The notes under the pieces were generated by a model. That model saw only the letters and a program-made list of their open reading frames with translations. It was not told the origin of the DNA and ran no database searches. A DNA stretch of 64,000 nt from Candidatus Poribacteria bacterium (GTDB taxonomy: Bacteria; Poribacteria; WGA-4E; PCPOR2b). Below are positions 1-10,383 of the stretch, piece by piece. The stretch spans positions 2,816,001 to 2,880,000 of the forward strand of contig OZ244587.1 in NCBI GenBank assembly GCA_965218095.1, in the 5' to 3' direction. How positions within the stretch are numbered: the stretch's first letter is position 1; the number at the start of each line of letters is the position of its first letter. Position numbers and translations under genes: made by a program.

Positions 1-327
1 TTCAACTCCCCCTACATTGGCGTTGTTGTGGATGTCTTTCACCTCTGGTGGGACCCAGATCTGGAGGCTGAAATCAGACGTTGCGGAGAAGATGGAAACC
101 TGTTCGCTTTTCACATCTGCGACTGGAAGATGGACATGGAAGATATGCTCAATGACCGTGGGCTGATGGGCGAAGGCGTTATCAGAATCCGGGAGATCCG
201 ATCTTGGGTGGAAATCGCCGGGTTTAACGGTTTTCACGAAGTTGAGATTTTCTCCAACCGCCTGTGGGATGGCGATCAAAAGGAACTTCTGGAAAAAATC
301 AAAAGAGCCTATCTGGAATATGCCTGA
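1..327 (+). CDS. Sugar phosphate isomerase/epimerase (xylose isomerase-like TIM barrel), 5'-truncated by window edge
   Basis: Frame is open from base 1; motifs DVFH, HICDW, RGLMGEG and EVEIF are typical of the AP_endonuc_2 family. Confidence 0.85.
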   Translation, partial: FNSPYIGVVVDVFHLWWDPDLEAEIRRCGEDGNLFAFHICDWKMDMEDMLNDRGLMGEGVIRIREIRSWVEIAGFNGFHEVEIFSNRLWDGDQKELLEKIKRAYLEYA

Positions 328-366
328 ATTGCGGTATCTGTATGGTAACATAGGGTCGCCACTACG

Positions 367-640
367 ATACCAGAAGAAATTCTATGGAAAGGTATAGGCC
401 AACTTGGAAAACTCTAGGTTGACACAAAGATGGTGGTGTGATAAAGTAGGGTGTACTATAATCTGGGCAGCGCCGGCTCCAAAATGTGGTCGAACCGCTA
501 TTACCCACATCTCGGGACCGATTGGCACCAAGGGGAAGCGGGGAAGCAAGCAAGCCATTGACCACCAAGCGAGCAAAGATGGACTCACATACGCAAAAAA
601 AGTCGCCACGAACGGATCTGCGATTATCTCTTCTTGGTAT
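367..640. mobile_element. Possible MITE / deleted IS remnant
   Basis: Imperfect terminal inverted repeat ATACCAGAAGAAAT (367) and ATCTCTTCTTGGTAT (ending 640) bracketing non-coding DNA. Confidence 0.35.
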
Positions 641-661
641 AAAATGGAGGACAAGCACACA

Positions 662-1579
662 ATGAAAATCCGTGACATTCAACAAAGCGGACCATATTGT
701 TACACCTACTCACCGTTTCATCCCCCCATTGCAGAAGTAAAGCCCGGCGAAACGGTCTGCATCCATACGGTAGACGCCTTTGAAAATAGACTGACACCCG
801 AAGTGGAACACTTTGCGGATGTCTGTACCTATCCCTTCTTAAATCCGCAAACCGGACCAATTCTTGTGGAAGGCGCCGAGCCGGGCGATACGCTCGTCGT
901 CAAAATCCACACGATCGAACCTACGCGAGACCATGCAGTCACCGGAACGATACCGTACTTTGGGGGACTGACCTCTACGCGGCTAGATCCGACGCTTCAG
1001 GGCGCACTTGAGGAACAATGGCTTTTCCTGCCCTTTGAGGAGGGCGGCATCCGCTTCGATGCAAAGCGGGTAATTCCCTACCAACCTTTCATGGGTACGA
1101 TGGGCGTCGCACCGGAAATTGAAGCCGTTAATGCACTGACACCCGATTATTACGGCGGAAACATGGACTGCGTCGAGACCTGTCCGGGAAACGAGGCCTG
1201 GTTTCCAGTATTGGTGGAGGGCGCACACTTTTTCACCGGAGATGCCCATGCGAGCCAGGGCGACGGGGAGCTCACCGGCGTGGCACTCGAAATTCCAGCT
1301 AAAGTGACCGTGACCTTCGATTTGAAGAAAGGATATTCGATCGGGTGGCCCCGTATTGTGAGCGATGATTTTATTATGGTGGCTGGCAGCGGCAGACCGC
1401 TGGACGCCGCGGCTCGCATTGCTTGGGTGGAACTTATAGATTGGATGGTGGTAGACTACAGATTTGATCGGATGAAAGCCTATCACTTCCTCGGACAGGT
1501 TGGACAGATGCGGCTCGGCAATATGGTGGATCCAAAATTTACCATGGTTGCCAAGTGTCCGCAGAAATATCTGTCGTGA
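662..1579 (+). CDS. Acetamidase/formamidase family protein
   Basis: NPQTGPI-V-GAEPGD, GGNMD and GDAHASQGDGE motifs; GGAGG at 646-650 supports a start at 662 rather than 404. Confidence 0.9.
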   Translation: MKIRDIQQSGPYCYTYSPFHPPIAEVKPGETVCIHTVDAFENRLTPEVEHFADVCTYPFLNPQTGPILVEGAEPGDTLVVKIHTIEPTRDHAVTGTIPYFGGLTSTRLDPTLQGALEEQWLFLPFEEGGIRFDAKRVIPYQPFMGTMGVAPEIEAVNALTPDYYGGNMDCVETCPGNEAWFPVLVEGAHFFTGDAHASQGDGELTGVALEIPAKVTVTFDLKKGYSIGWPRIVSDDFIMVAGSGRPLDAAARIAWVELIDWMVVDYRFDRMKAYHFLGQVGQMRLGNMVDPKFTMVAKCPQKYLS

Positions 1580-1773
1580 GCGGTTGAGAGCGTATCGCTT
1601 AATTCGTGAATTGCATAATGACAGGATCTGTGCGTGAAACGTAAAATTTGAAAACTTTGGCGGCTAACACTTTTTAATTCGCTCACATTCCTCCATTTGG
1701 CCTGTGATATGTTGTTTACGGTCGCGGAATTAAATCAAAGCTGAGAATTCCCTAGACGAGGTAATGAGTAACG

Positions 1774-2040
1774 ATGTCACGCCCAAAAATACCTGCTGAA
1801 CTGAAACGGAGCGTTCTGGTTGAAGCAGGGCACCGCTGTGCAATTGACACCTGTAGGCACATTGATGTGGTTATCCATCACATCATTCCATGGGCAAAAT
1901 GTAAAAGACATGAGTATGAAAATCTTATCGCCCTGTGTCCTAATCACCGTGCTAGGGCGGATAAAGGTGAAATAGATCGAAAATCCCTGCTCTGCAAGGG
2001 TGGGGACGATTTCCAATTGACACTGATGTGTCAAATATAA
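1774..2040 (+). CDS. HNH endonuclease, short and probably degenerate
   Basis: VLVEAGHRCA..C, IHHIIPW, NLIALCPNH motifs; Arg where the terminal His is expected; short C-terminus. Confidence 0.7.
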   Translation: MSRPKIPAELKRSVLVEAGHRCAIDTCRHIDVVIHHIIPWAKCKRHEYENLIALCPNHRARADKGEIDRKSLLCKGGDDFQLTLMCQI

Positions 2041-2141
2041 CCAGTCGCCTAATTCTCCGCTTTTCACTCAACTGCGTAACTCTAGTATAATCAAAACACA
2101 ATCTAAAATCTCCACCTTCAGACAACGAGATTACAAAAAAC

Positions 2142-5100
2142 ATGCAAACATCCCTGCACAAACTACAAACGCTTCTCCAACAACTCTTCCGTGCAGATGA
2201 CGCAGACCTCGACTTCGGCATTTATCGCATCATTAACTATCGACGCGACCAGATCCAAGCCTTCATTGACGAGGAGCTCTCCACCATCGTCAACAATGCC
2301 CTCGCAAATACCGAAATCGAATCCGCGCGCCAAGAAGTGGAAACTCTGAAAAAGCAAATCCCCGATGGTATGTTAGATGCAGACGGCACCCTCATCAACG
2401 AGGCTTTCGCGCAGGTGCCCATTGTCAAGCAATACTTTGGCGCAAAAGAAAAATTGGGATCCCCGCAATCCCGAGATCAGCGCGAAGATGCCGTCTATAA
2501 TTATCTCTACACTTTCTTCTCCCGTTACTACGAAAGTGGCGACTTCATCCCGCGTCGACGCTATTCCCAAACCGAACGCTACGCCATTCCATACAACGGT
2601 GAAGAGGTCTACCTCCACTGGGCAAACCGGGACCAGTACTACGTCAAGAGTGGCGAGCATTTCTTCACCTATCGTTTCAAATCCCGAGGCATCACCGTCA
2701 CCTTTGATCTCCGCAATGTAGATGTTGAAAAAGACAACGTCCAAGGCACAAAACGATTTTTCATCCCCTTATCCGCTAAGACAATCTATTCGCCAGAAAT
2801 CGCTGAGATCTCCATTCCTTTTGAATGCCGTCTCCTCACCGAGGAAGAAAAGCTGCGCTACGGCAGACAAAAACAGCAGGATACAATCAATAAGACCGCC
2901 GAAAAGCAAATCCTAAAGCGTGTTAGCAGCGACTACAAAGCCCATGCTGCGTTAGATCAGCGCATAGAGCAAATAACCGTTCTTAAAAAACACCTTGATA
3001 TCTACACCCGGCGCAACACCGCAGACTTCTTCATCCACAAGGACCTCAAGCAGTTCCTCAACCGCGAACTTGATGTCTACATCAAAAACGAAGTTATTCC
3101 GTTATCCGATTTTATATTAACAAATGAAAATTTAGGGTGGCTTGAAACGGCGAAAGTTGTTTACGATATAGCCTCCGAAATTATTGACTTTCTTTCCCAC
3201 ATTGAAGAATTCCAGAAACGTCTCTGGCTTAAAAAGAAATTTGTGCTTTCTACAGACTACTGCATCACACTTGACCGCGTTCCGGAAGAATTTTACCCTG
3301 AAATTACAAAGAACACTGCCCAACGTGAGGAGTGGGAACATCTTTTCGCTATCGACGAAATAGATCGCGATCTCATCGGAAACCCCGGCTATACCGAACC
3401 CCTTTCCATCGCCTTCCTTAAAGCGAACCCGAACCTCGTCCTAGATACCCGTCACTTTGACGATGTCTTCAAGGATCGTCTCTTAGCGCATTTTAACGAT
3501 ATAGAAAGTCAAACGGATGGCGTACTCATTCACGGGGAAAACTTCCAAGCATTAAACCTACTGACAGAGAAATACCGCGAATCCATAAAAGTGACTTACA
3601 TTGACCCACCTTATAACACGGATGCCTCTGCTATCCTGTATAAAAACAACTATAAAGATTCCTCGTGGCTGTCCCTAATGGCAGATCGAATCACAGTCTC
3701 CCGCGAACTGTTGACTGACAATGGTATCTTCTGCGTCGCAATTGATGACGTAGAGGCGTCCAATCTCCGACACCTTCTCCAGCATCTATTCGGCAAAGAG
3801 AACGAGCTCGGAATTGTCGCAGTCTGCTCTAACCCAGGAGGGCGTAAAAGACCAAAAGGTTTTGCCCCTGCCCATGAATACGCGATGTTCTTTGGGATAA
3901 CCGAGGCTTCACAAATCGGTCGCCTTGAATGGACAGAAAAACAACTTGAGAACTATAGAAATGTTGATGAAAAAGGACGTCTTTTTCAATGGAGACCTCT
4001 TAGGAAATCTGGTGGGCTTAATGCGCGGCGAGTTGCTAGACCACGCTTGTTTTATCCAATTTTTGTCAAGGATAACTGCATTCGAATTCCCGGAATGGAC
4101 TGGAATAACACGTCCCGAGAGTGGTGCCTCTTAGAAACGCTGCGACTGGGTGAAGCAGTGGTTTGGCCAATTGATGAAAAGAATGAAGAGATGACATGGG
4201 GCTATGAAGTTAAAACGCTCAAAGAAAGGTTAGCATTATCTGAGATCTCTGCGAAAACAGACCGGAATGGCAAAATCTCAATTCGATTTAAACGTTTTCT
4301 AAACGAAGAAGGAACCTTGCCGACAACATGGTGGGGTAAAATAGAATACTCAACCAATGAAGATGAGGAGGATGAGGAAGATAACTGGGAAATTCTCAAC
4401 ACAGATCAAACCAAATACTCAGCGACGGCACATGGGACCGGTTTTTTAAAAAATATGTTAGGTGACGCACTTGCATTCCCATTTCCTAAGTCCATCTACC
4501 TGCTTGAAGACTGTCTCCGTGTTTCATCACTCAATGCCGGGGACATTGTGTTGGACTACTTTGGAGGATCTGGGACCACCGCCCATGCCACCATCAAACT
4601 TAACCGTCAAGATAACGACAAGCGCAAATATATCCTCATTGAGATGGGACACCATTTCGACACCGTTCTCAAGCCGCGCGTCATGAAAGCTGTCTACGCC
4701 GAAAAATGGAAGGATGCCAAACCCGTTTCCCGTGAAAGTCGCTTTTCTCACATAATCAAATATCAGCGCATTGAATCCTATGAGGATGCACTTAATAACA
4801 TTGAGTTTAGCGAACACGAAAATTCGTTCCTCAACAAGTATCTGCTCAGTTATCTATTAGAGAGCGAAACTCGCGAAAGTCCAACGTTCTTGAACGTTGC
4901 CAAACTCCAAAACCCGTTCAGTTATCAACTCAACATCATTGACGGACTCCAGACGCAAACGCAGACTATAGATCTACCCGAAACCTTCAACTACCTCCTC
5001 GGCATTTCGGTCCAAACTCGCCAATGTTTCTATGATGACGATAGACGCTATCTCGTTTACCGCGGCACAGTCGGACAAAAAAACGTCGTCATTATCTGGC

Positions 5101-5273
5101 GTAAAACCGAAGGTTGGGGTGAACAAGAATGGGAACGCGATTACCACTTTATTCAAAAACACGAACTAACCAAGGGTGCAAACGAGATCTATGTCAACAC
5201 AGACAGTATCATCCCAGAAGCAAAGTCCTTAGATCCACTTTTCAAACGATTGATGTTTGACACTGACCGATAA
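2142..5273 (+). CDS. mod: Type III restriction-modification DNA adenine methyltransferase (Mod)
   Basis: YIDPPYNT catalytic motif, later VLDYFGGSGTTAHA SAM-binding motif (beta class), N-terminal DLDFGIYRI; paired with a Res helicase. Confidence 0.92.
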   Translation: MQTSLHKLQTLLQQLFRADDADLDFGIYRIINYRRDQIQAFIDEELSTIVNNALANTEIESARQEVETLKKQIPDGMLDADGTLINEAFAQVPIVKQYFGAKEKLGSPQSRDQREDAVYNYLYTFFSRYYESGDFIPRRRYSQTERYAIPYNGEEVYLHWANRDQYYVKSGEHFFTYRFKSRGITVTFDLRNVDVEKDNVQGTKRFFIPLSAKTIYSPEIAEISIPFECRLLTEEEKLRYGRQKQQDTINKTAEKQILKRVSSDYKAHAALDQRIEQITVLKKHLDIYTRRNTADFFIHKDLKQFLNRELDVYIKNEVIPLSDFILTNENLGWLETAKVVYDIASEIIDFLSHIEEFQKRLWLKKKFVLSTDYCITLDRVPEEFYPEITKNTAQREEWEHLFAIDEIDRDLIGNPGYTEPLSIAFLKANPNLVLDTRHFDDVFKDRLLAHFNDIESQTDGVLIHGENFQALNLLTEKYRESIKVTYIDPPYNTDASAILYKNNYKDSSWLSLMADRITVSRELLTDNGIFCVAIDDVEASNLRHLLQHLFGKENELGIVAVCSNPGGRKRPKGFAPAHEYAMFFGITEASQIGRLEWTEKQLENYRNVDEKGRLFQWRPLRKSGGLNARRVARPRLFYPIFVKDNCIRIPGMDWNNTSREWCLLETLRLGEAVVWPIDEKNEEMTWGYEVKTLKERLALSEISAKTDRNGKISIRFKRFLNEEGTLPTTWWGKIEYSTNEDEEDEEDNWEILNTDQTKYSATAHGTGFLKNMLGDALAFPFPKSIYLLEDCLRVSSLNAGDIVLDYFGGSGTTAHATIKLNRQDNDKRKYILIEMGHHFDTVLKPRVMKAVYAEKWKDAKPVSRESRFSHIIKYQRIESYEDALNNIEFSEHENSFLNKYLLSYLLESETRESPTFLNVAKLQNPFSYQLNIIDGLQTQTQTIDLPETFNYLLGISVQTRQCFYDDDRRYLVYRGTVGQKNVVIIWRKTEGWGEQEWERDYHFIQKHELTKGANEIYVNTDSIIPEAKSLDPLFKRLMFDTDR

Positions 5274-5322
5274 TTGCGCTGCTCCGTGCTCCTTTCCTAT
5301 TTTATTATAAGGAGAATTAAAA

Positions 5323-6021
5323 ATGATAAACTGCTTAAATCTAGCCGCTACGTTTCAGAAACTCTATGAAGATTCTGCAGAGCCCTCCTCTGCCTTTTTG
5401 AAATTGGAAATTGCCGTGGGAAATATTTTTCAGATAGATTCCTCCATGTTGCAGAAACTATGTAAAGAACTAAAAGATGGTGTAGGCCTCACTGAGTGTG
5501 GTCGCACTGAAGACGTACTGCCTTATGGTATAAGTCGGGATGCAACATTTGAAAACGGTTGCTTGGCCGCTATAATTGAAATACCGAAAGGTCTCAATCT
5601 TAGACGACATAGCTATGCATCAACTGATGATTTCATAAAGGCATTTGATAATGGCATAGTGCGGCATTTTTCTATCGGATTAGTGGATGTAATATGCGAA
5701 TGTAATGCTTGTCACAAATCTCTTTCTAGCAAGTATGAGGAGTGTTGCGAACATTCACTGGGCCTAAAAGTTGCCGATAACGGTAAAGGCACTACCTACA
5801 AGATAAAAGAGGGGATTGCCCTATTCATATCCGCTGAACCTTTTCCGGTAACAGAAGACGGAAACATCCAATTGCTCCTTGAAGATTGGGAGTTAGACAA
5901 GGCAACCCTCATGGCAGCTAAAATCAGTGCTTTGAGTCAGGCTGGGATGTCAGTTCCTAGTTCAGCTCTTACTTTTTCAAGATCTCATCCTAGGAACCGT
6001 ATAAGGACTCGGAAATTATAA
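5323..6021 (+). CDS. Hypothetical protein resembling a phage prohead (capsid maturation) protease domain with a CxxC...CxH insert
   Basis: RBS AAGGAG; motif order GV-L...LPYG-S...STDDFIKA..GIVRHFSIG...CECNAC...CEH-LG recalled from phage head proteases; not searched. Confidence 0.5.
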   Translation: MINCLNLAATFQKLYEDSAEPSSAFLKLEIAVGNIFQIDSSMLQKLCKELKDGVGLTECGRTEDVLPYGISRDATFENGCLAAIIEIPKGLNLRRHSYASTDDFIKAFDNGIVRHFSIGLVDVICECNACHKSLSSKYEECCEHSLGLKVADNGKGTTYKIKEGIALFISAEPFPVTEDGNIQLLLEDWELDKATLMAAKISALSQAGMSVPSSALTFSRSHPRNRIRTRKL

Positions 6022-6205
6022 AATTGCTTGTGCTATGCCCCAAGTAAAGTTCCTGTTTGGGCAGAACCATTCAGTTATTTCGTAGTTTAGATCTCCCACT
6101 TGAGATCTTTGCGTGATAGTCTCGATTTCCCGGACGAAACTACCGCGCTCTAGAACGCAAAAAATTGATAACTAAATAGTTCTGTCTTTTTTAAGAGGTA
6201 GCGAG

Positions 6206-6712
6206 ATGAAGGAAAACCTCACGGCAGTCATTAGCTGTATAGTTGCAGTAATAAGTCTTTTTAGTGTAATTTTGTTCACGGGGTTACAGTTATCAAGAAA
6301 GATAGTAGATGCTTTCAAAATCGAAGTCCTGAGATTGTTCTACTCCGAGCCAACGGCATCTATTTTTCAATGGTGTCGAAAGACCTCAAATTCCGATATT
6401 CCTCCCATATTTTCAGAAATAAAGGGATTTTTCCCTCAATACCTCCGCTGGAAATACTGCGAAAGATACTTTGCTTCTGCACTAGCTGAAGTTGAATTGA
6501 ATTTAGGCAGTGAAAGATATACAAAAAGTATCAATTACGATAAGTCTTTGATTTCTCACAGAAGTCAGATTTTCAGATTCATAGAGAGCCATAAAAAGGA
6601 ATGTAGAAACGCAATGCGAGGCAAAGACTTCAGTAGTGTACACTGTTTCGTAGATCAGCATTATACAGAACTTTGCAACGCTCTGGTTGATAACACGCAT
6701 CAAGAAGATTAG
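6206..6712 (+). CDS. Hypothetical protein with N-terminal transmembrane helix
   Basis: GAGG RBS, hydrophobic residues ~6-30, AT-rich, lies between mod and res. Confidence 0.6.
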   Translation: MKENLTAVISCIVAVISLFSVILFTGLQLSRKIVDAFKIEVLRLFYSEPTASIFQWCRKTSNSDIPPIFSEIKGFFPQYLRWKYCERYFASALAEVELNLGSERYTKSINYDKSLISHRSQIFRFIESHKKECRNAMRGKDFSSVHCFVDQHYTELCNALVDNTHQED

Positions 6713-6828
6713 GTCCTCCTGATAAGCATAACGCCCCGCTGGGGCTAGATGCAACCTCATAACGCGGAACCTTATTGAAGAAACTGGTTCAAAAAATCCA
6801 TCATTCAGTCGGCAAGAAGACAATCACT

Positions 6829-9800
6829 ATGCCCAGAAACAATTCACAACGCCAACTTGACAACCACCTCACACTCCACGCATGGCTCAACGATCGCTTC
6901 AGGTACAAGACAACGCGCTCCCTCCTCAACGATGTGAAAAATAATGTGGATGAGGGCTTCAATTCAGACGGGCGCTCCTCGATTTACGAATTCCTTATGT
7001 TCCGCGCAGAGCCAAATTCTAAAATCGAAGAAGCACTCCCAACCTACGATGCAAACATCAAACGGCACCTAGCCGCCATAAACAACAAACGCACGCAGCC
7101 GATTGTCCTCCGCTATTTCCAATACCTCGCTTTACTCTATACCGAAATTTTCTTAGATTGGAAATGCAACAGACCAGCAGAATTCCTACACCAACTCAAT
7201 GATTTAGTCCAACACCGAAATGACGCGAGAGCCCCCGGCGATGTCATGGATACCCTCTTCACAGCCGACGATCTTGAAAAACTCGCTTTCTGGATGGCAA
7301 CCGGCGCAGGCAAAACCCTCATCATGCACATCAATTACCATCAGTACCTCCACTACTGCAAGGAGGCGTTAGACCACATTGTCCTCATCACTCCTGACGA
7401 AGGGTTGAGTGAACAACATCTTCGCGAACTTGCAAACTCGGACATCCGGTGTGAACGTTTCAACGTTGAAGGCAATCGCCTCGCACGTGCACACAACGCA
7501 ATGCAGGTAATCGAGATTACAAAGTTGGTAGAGGAAAAGACAGGTAGTGGTGTAAGCGTTCCAGTCGAGGCTTTCGAAGGGAATAATCTCATCTTGGTCG
7601 ATGAGGGGCACCGAGGCAATCGCGGCGAAGCTTGGCGAAAATCCCGCGAAAACCTCGCCACAATTGGTTTTACCTTTGAATACAGTGCAACCTTTGGGCA
7701 GGCACTCGCTGCCGTTAACAACCCAGACCTCGTTGAAGGATACGGAAAAGCCATCGCCTTTGACTACTCCTACCGATACTTCTACGACGACGGATACGGT
7801 AAGAACTTTCGCATCCTCAATATTCGCAACGATGAAGAAACCCAAACTGATACGCTCTTTTTAGGCAATCTCCTCAGTTTCTATGAACAGCGACGCTATT
7901 TTGCCCAAAACAGCGACGATGTGCGTGCCTACGGTTTGGACTCACCGTTATGGGCATTCGTTGGCAATAAAGTCCAGGCTGTCTATAAGGAAAAAGGCCG
8001 CACTCGCTCCGACGTACTTGAGGTTATACGTTTTCTGCACCGGTTTCTAAGCAACGAAAATAACTGGGCAATCCACGCCATTGAGAAAATTCTTGATGGT
8101 AACTCCGGTTTATCTGATGAAAACGGTACCGACATCTTCTACAACCGACTCAACTATCTCAAAGAACCCAACGAAAAGTCCGCACGAATATATACTGGTA
8201 TCCTCAATGAGGTATTCCATACCCAGACAAGCGGCGCATTACATCTCTGCGATATCCGCGGTGCTCAAGGCGAAATCGGATTGAAAACCACCAACGATAG
8301 TGACTACTTTGGGGTTATCTACATCGGTGACACTTCTGCCTTCAACAAACTGGTCAAAAACGACAAGGCAGGTATCGTCATGGAATCCGAAGATGTCTTC
8401 ACTGAAAGCTTGTTCAGGAGCATCAACAAGTTTGATAGTCAGATCAATATTCTCATCGGTGCGAAAAAGTTCATACAGGGATGGGATAGCTGGCGTGTCA
8501 CGGCTATGGGACTGCTCAACGTTGGTAAAAACGAAGGTCCCGAGATTATCCAACTGTTTGGCAGAGGTGTCCGCCTACGCGGCAAAGACATGAGCCTCAA
8601 ACGTAGTGCTGCCCTTGAGGGTGAACATCCGCGCCATCTATCACTCTTGGAAACGTTAAACATCTTCGCTGTTCGTGCCAACTTCATGGCAGAATTCCGA
8701 AAGTATCTAACCCGCGAAGGTGTTTCGTATGAAGGGCAGATGGAAATGGAATTGCCTATTACACTTAACCCAGAATTTCTTAACTCTAACCAAGTCCCGC
8801 GCCTGCCAAGAGCCCCTGCCTATCATGAAATTGCCAAGGGGCAGTGCGTACTCCTCAAACCTGATCTCGCGAGTCAGGTAACACACAAAATGCAAATTAT
8901 AGACATCATCCAGAGCTATTCACGGGTTGGTATCCAAGAGACCCAAGCCGGACCAGATTCGCAACATATCCCTATCCCCGACGAGAGTTTAAAGTTGATA
9001 AACTGGGAATGGATTTATCTTCAACTTCTTGAGTACAAACAGGAAAAAGGATTTCATAACCTTGTTTTTGACACCCACGTTCTCAAAAAAGTTCTCGATC
9101 CAAGCAAGGGGCTGTATAAACTCTTTGTTACGGAAAAATCTGTGGTTGAACCGCAAACTTTAGCTGACCTTGAACGTCTAGAAGCACTCGTGCTTGCTAT
9201 TTTGCGGAAATATATTGCTAAATTTTATCGCTTGGCTCAACAACAAGTAAATACAGACAACATGATCTTGGATACCTTGAAGAAAGATGATCCCAATCTC
9301 AATTTCGCTAAGTGGAAAATTAGCTTTCGTACTGAAGATGCAGAATTGATTCAGCAGTTAAGAGAGTATAGTGAGAAAATGAAACGGATAGCAGAAGAAG
9401 GAGCTGTCTTCGATCCACCTGTAAGTCACTCGCTCGCAGTTTATATTGAGAACCATCTTTATCAACCACTACTCACGATTAGCAACGCTAATAATTCGTG
9501 GAGCACAACGCCACCTGCTTTGGAAGCGAGCGAGAAACATTTTGTCGAAGACCTCCGCGCCTACGTCTTACAACAGTGCGAGGAACTTCTTGCTAAAAAA
9601 GAGGTTTTCCTCTTACGCAACCAGAGCCGAGGCAAAGGAGTTGGCTTCTATCGGAACGAGGGTTTCTTCCCCGATTTCATCCTTTGGATTCTTGCCGATC
9701 AAAAACAACGTATCGTCTTTATTGAACCCCACGGAATGGTGTATGAAGCTATCAATAACTACAACGATAAAATCTCACTCTACAAAAGACTCCGCGATCT

Positions 9801-10002
9801 CTCTGAAAAACAACGTTTTCGGGACGAAGGTGTGCACATGGATTCCTATATCATTTCGACAACCGATTGGCCAACACTTAAAAGTAAGCATAATGATATG
9901 ACTGAGCAAAATTGTAAAGATTTGCATATCCTCTGTCGAAATCCTTTGAGTCCCACTTACCTCTCCCCAATCTTTGAAGAAGTTCCCCCGGAGAACGAGT
10001 AG
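6829..10002 (+). CDS. res: Type III restriction endonuclease Res subunit (SF2 helicase + PD-(D/E)xK-type nuclease)
   Basis: MATGAGKT Walker A, DEGH, YSATF, GWD, QLFGRGVRL, C-terminal FFPDFILW...FIEPHG. Confidence 0.92.
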   Translation: MPRNNSQRQLDNHLTLHAWLNDRFRYKTTRSLLNDVKNNVDEGFNSDGRSSIYEFLMFRAEPNSKIEEALPTYDANIKRHLAAINNKRTQPIVLRYFQYLALLYTEIFLDWKCNRPAEFLHQLNDLVQHRNDARAPGDVMDTLFTADDLEKLAFWMATGAGKTLIMHINYHQYLHYCKEALDHIVLITPDEGLSEQHLRELANSDIRCERFNVEGNRLARAHNAMQVIEITKLVEEKTGSGVSVPVEAFEGNNLILVDEGHRGNRGEAWRKSRENLATIGFTFEYSATFGQALAAVNNPDLVEGYGKAIAFDYSYRYFYDDGYGKNFRILNIRNDEETQTDTLFLGNLLSFYEQRRYFAQNSDDVRAYGLDSPLWAFVGNKVQAVYKEKGRTRSDVLEVIRFLHRFLSNENNWAIHAIEKILDGNSGLSDENGTDIFYNRLNYLKEPNEKSARIYTGILNEVFHTQTSGALHLCDIRGAQGEIGLKTTNDSDYFGVIYIGDTSAFNKLVKNDKAGIVMESEDVFTESLFRSINKFDSQINILIGAKKFIQGWDSWRVTAMGLLNVGKNEGPEIIQLFGRGVRLRGKDMSLKRSAALEGEHPRHLSLLETLNIFAVRANFMAEFRKYLTREGVSYEGQMEMELPITLNPEFLNSNQVPRLPRAPAYHEIAKGQCVLLKPDLASQVTHKMQIIDIIQSYSRVGIQETQAGPDSQHIPIPDESLKLINWEWIYLQLLEYKQEKGFHNLVFDTHVLKKVLDPSKGLYKLFVTEKSVVEPQTLADLERLEALVLAILRKYIAKFYRLAQQQVNTDNMILDTLKKDDPNLNFAKWKISFRTEDAELIQQLREYSEKMKRIAEEGAVFDPPVSHSLAVYIENHLYQPLLTISNANNSWSTTPPALEASEKHFVEDLRAYVLQQCEELLAKKEVFLLRNQSRGKGVGFYRNEGFFPDFILWILADQKQRIVFIEPHGMVYEAINNYNDKISLYKRLRDLSEKQRFRDEGVHMDSYIISTTDWPTLKSKHNDMTEQNCKDLHILCRNPLSPTYLSPIFEEVPPENE

Positions 10003-10094
10003 ATGGTACTCCCACTAGCAAGGTTTCATAGAATTGAATAAATAAGTTGGGTTATTTGGGATTGAACGACGGACGATTTATAGCACGTCACCCG

Positions 10095-10120
10095 TGGGTG
10101 GGAAATCCCTTTCCCACCCA
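10095..10120. repeat. Perfect 11-bp hairpin (REP-like or terminator)
   Basis: TGGGTGGGAAA-TCCC-TTTCCCACCCA downstream of res. Confidence 0.5.
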
Positions 10121-10383
10121 ATCTCGATACATCATGGTGACTTTTCAAACAGGCTCTAAAGATTGTAGTGGCTGCTATAGAAATCTTCCTATTAAGTTGT
10201 GTAACTCTTCCTATTGCTATAGGTGATATGACAACTAAAGCGCGAGTCACGACTTTCTTGGAGGCAAACTCAGAATCTACCTTAGGTTATGGACTCATGG
10301 AAAGGCTCACACATTTCAGAAGTTATACGAAGTTGGGGACCGCCACAGCAAAATGGATTGACCGTTGAAGGAGACTATTAAAT

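Noticed and set aside
404-661. N-terminal extension of the acetamidase given by the ORF track
   Set aside because: No family-like sequence; the RBS supports 662 and the region looks like an inverted-repeat element
2142-5273. Phase-variable mod (phasevarion)
   Set aside because: No simple-sequence repeat tract seen in or upstream of mod; the frame is intact
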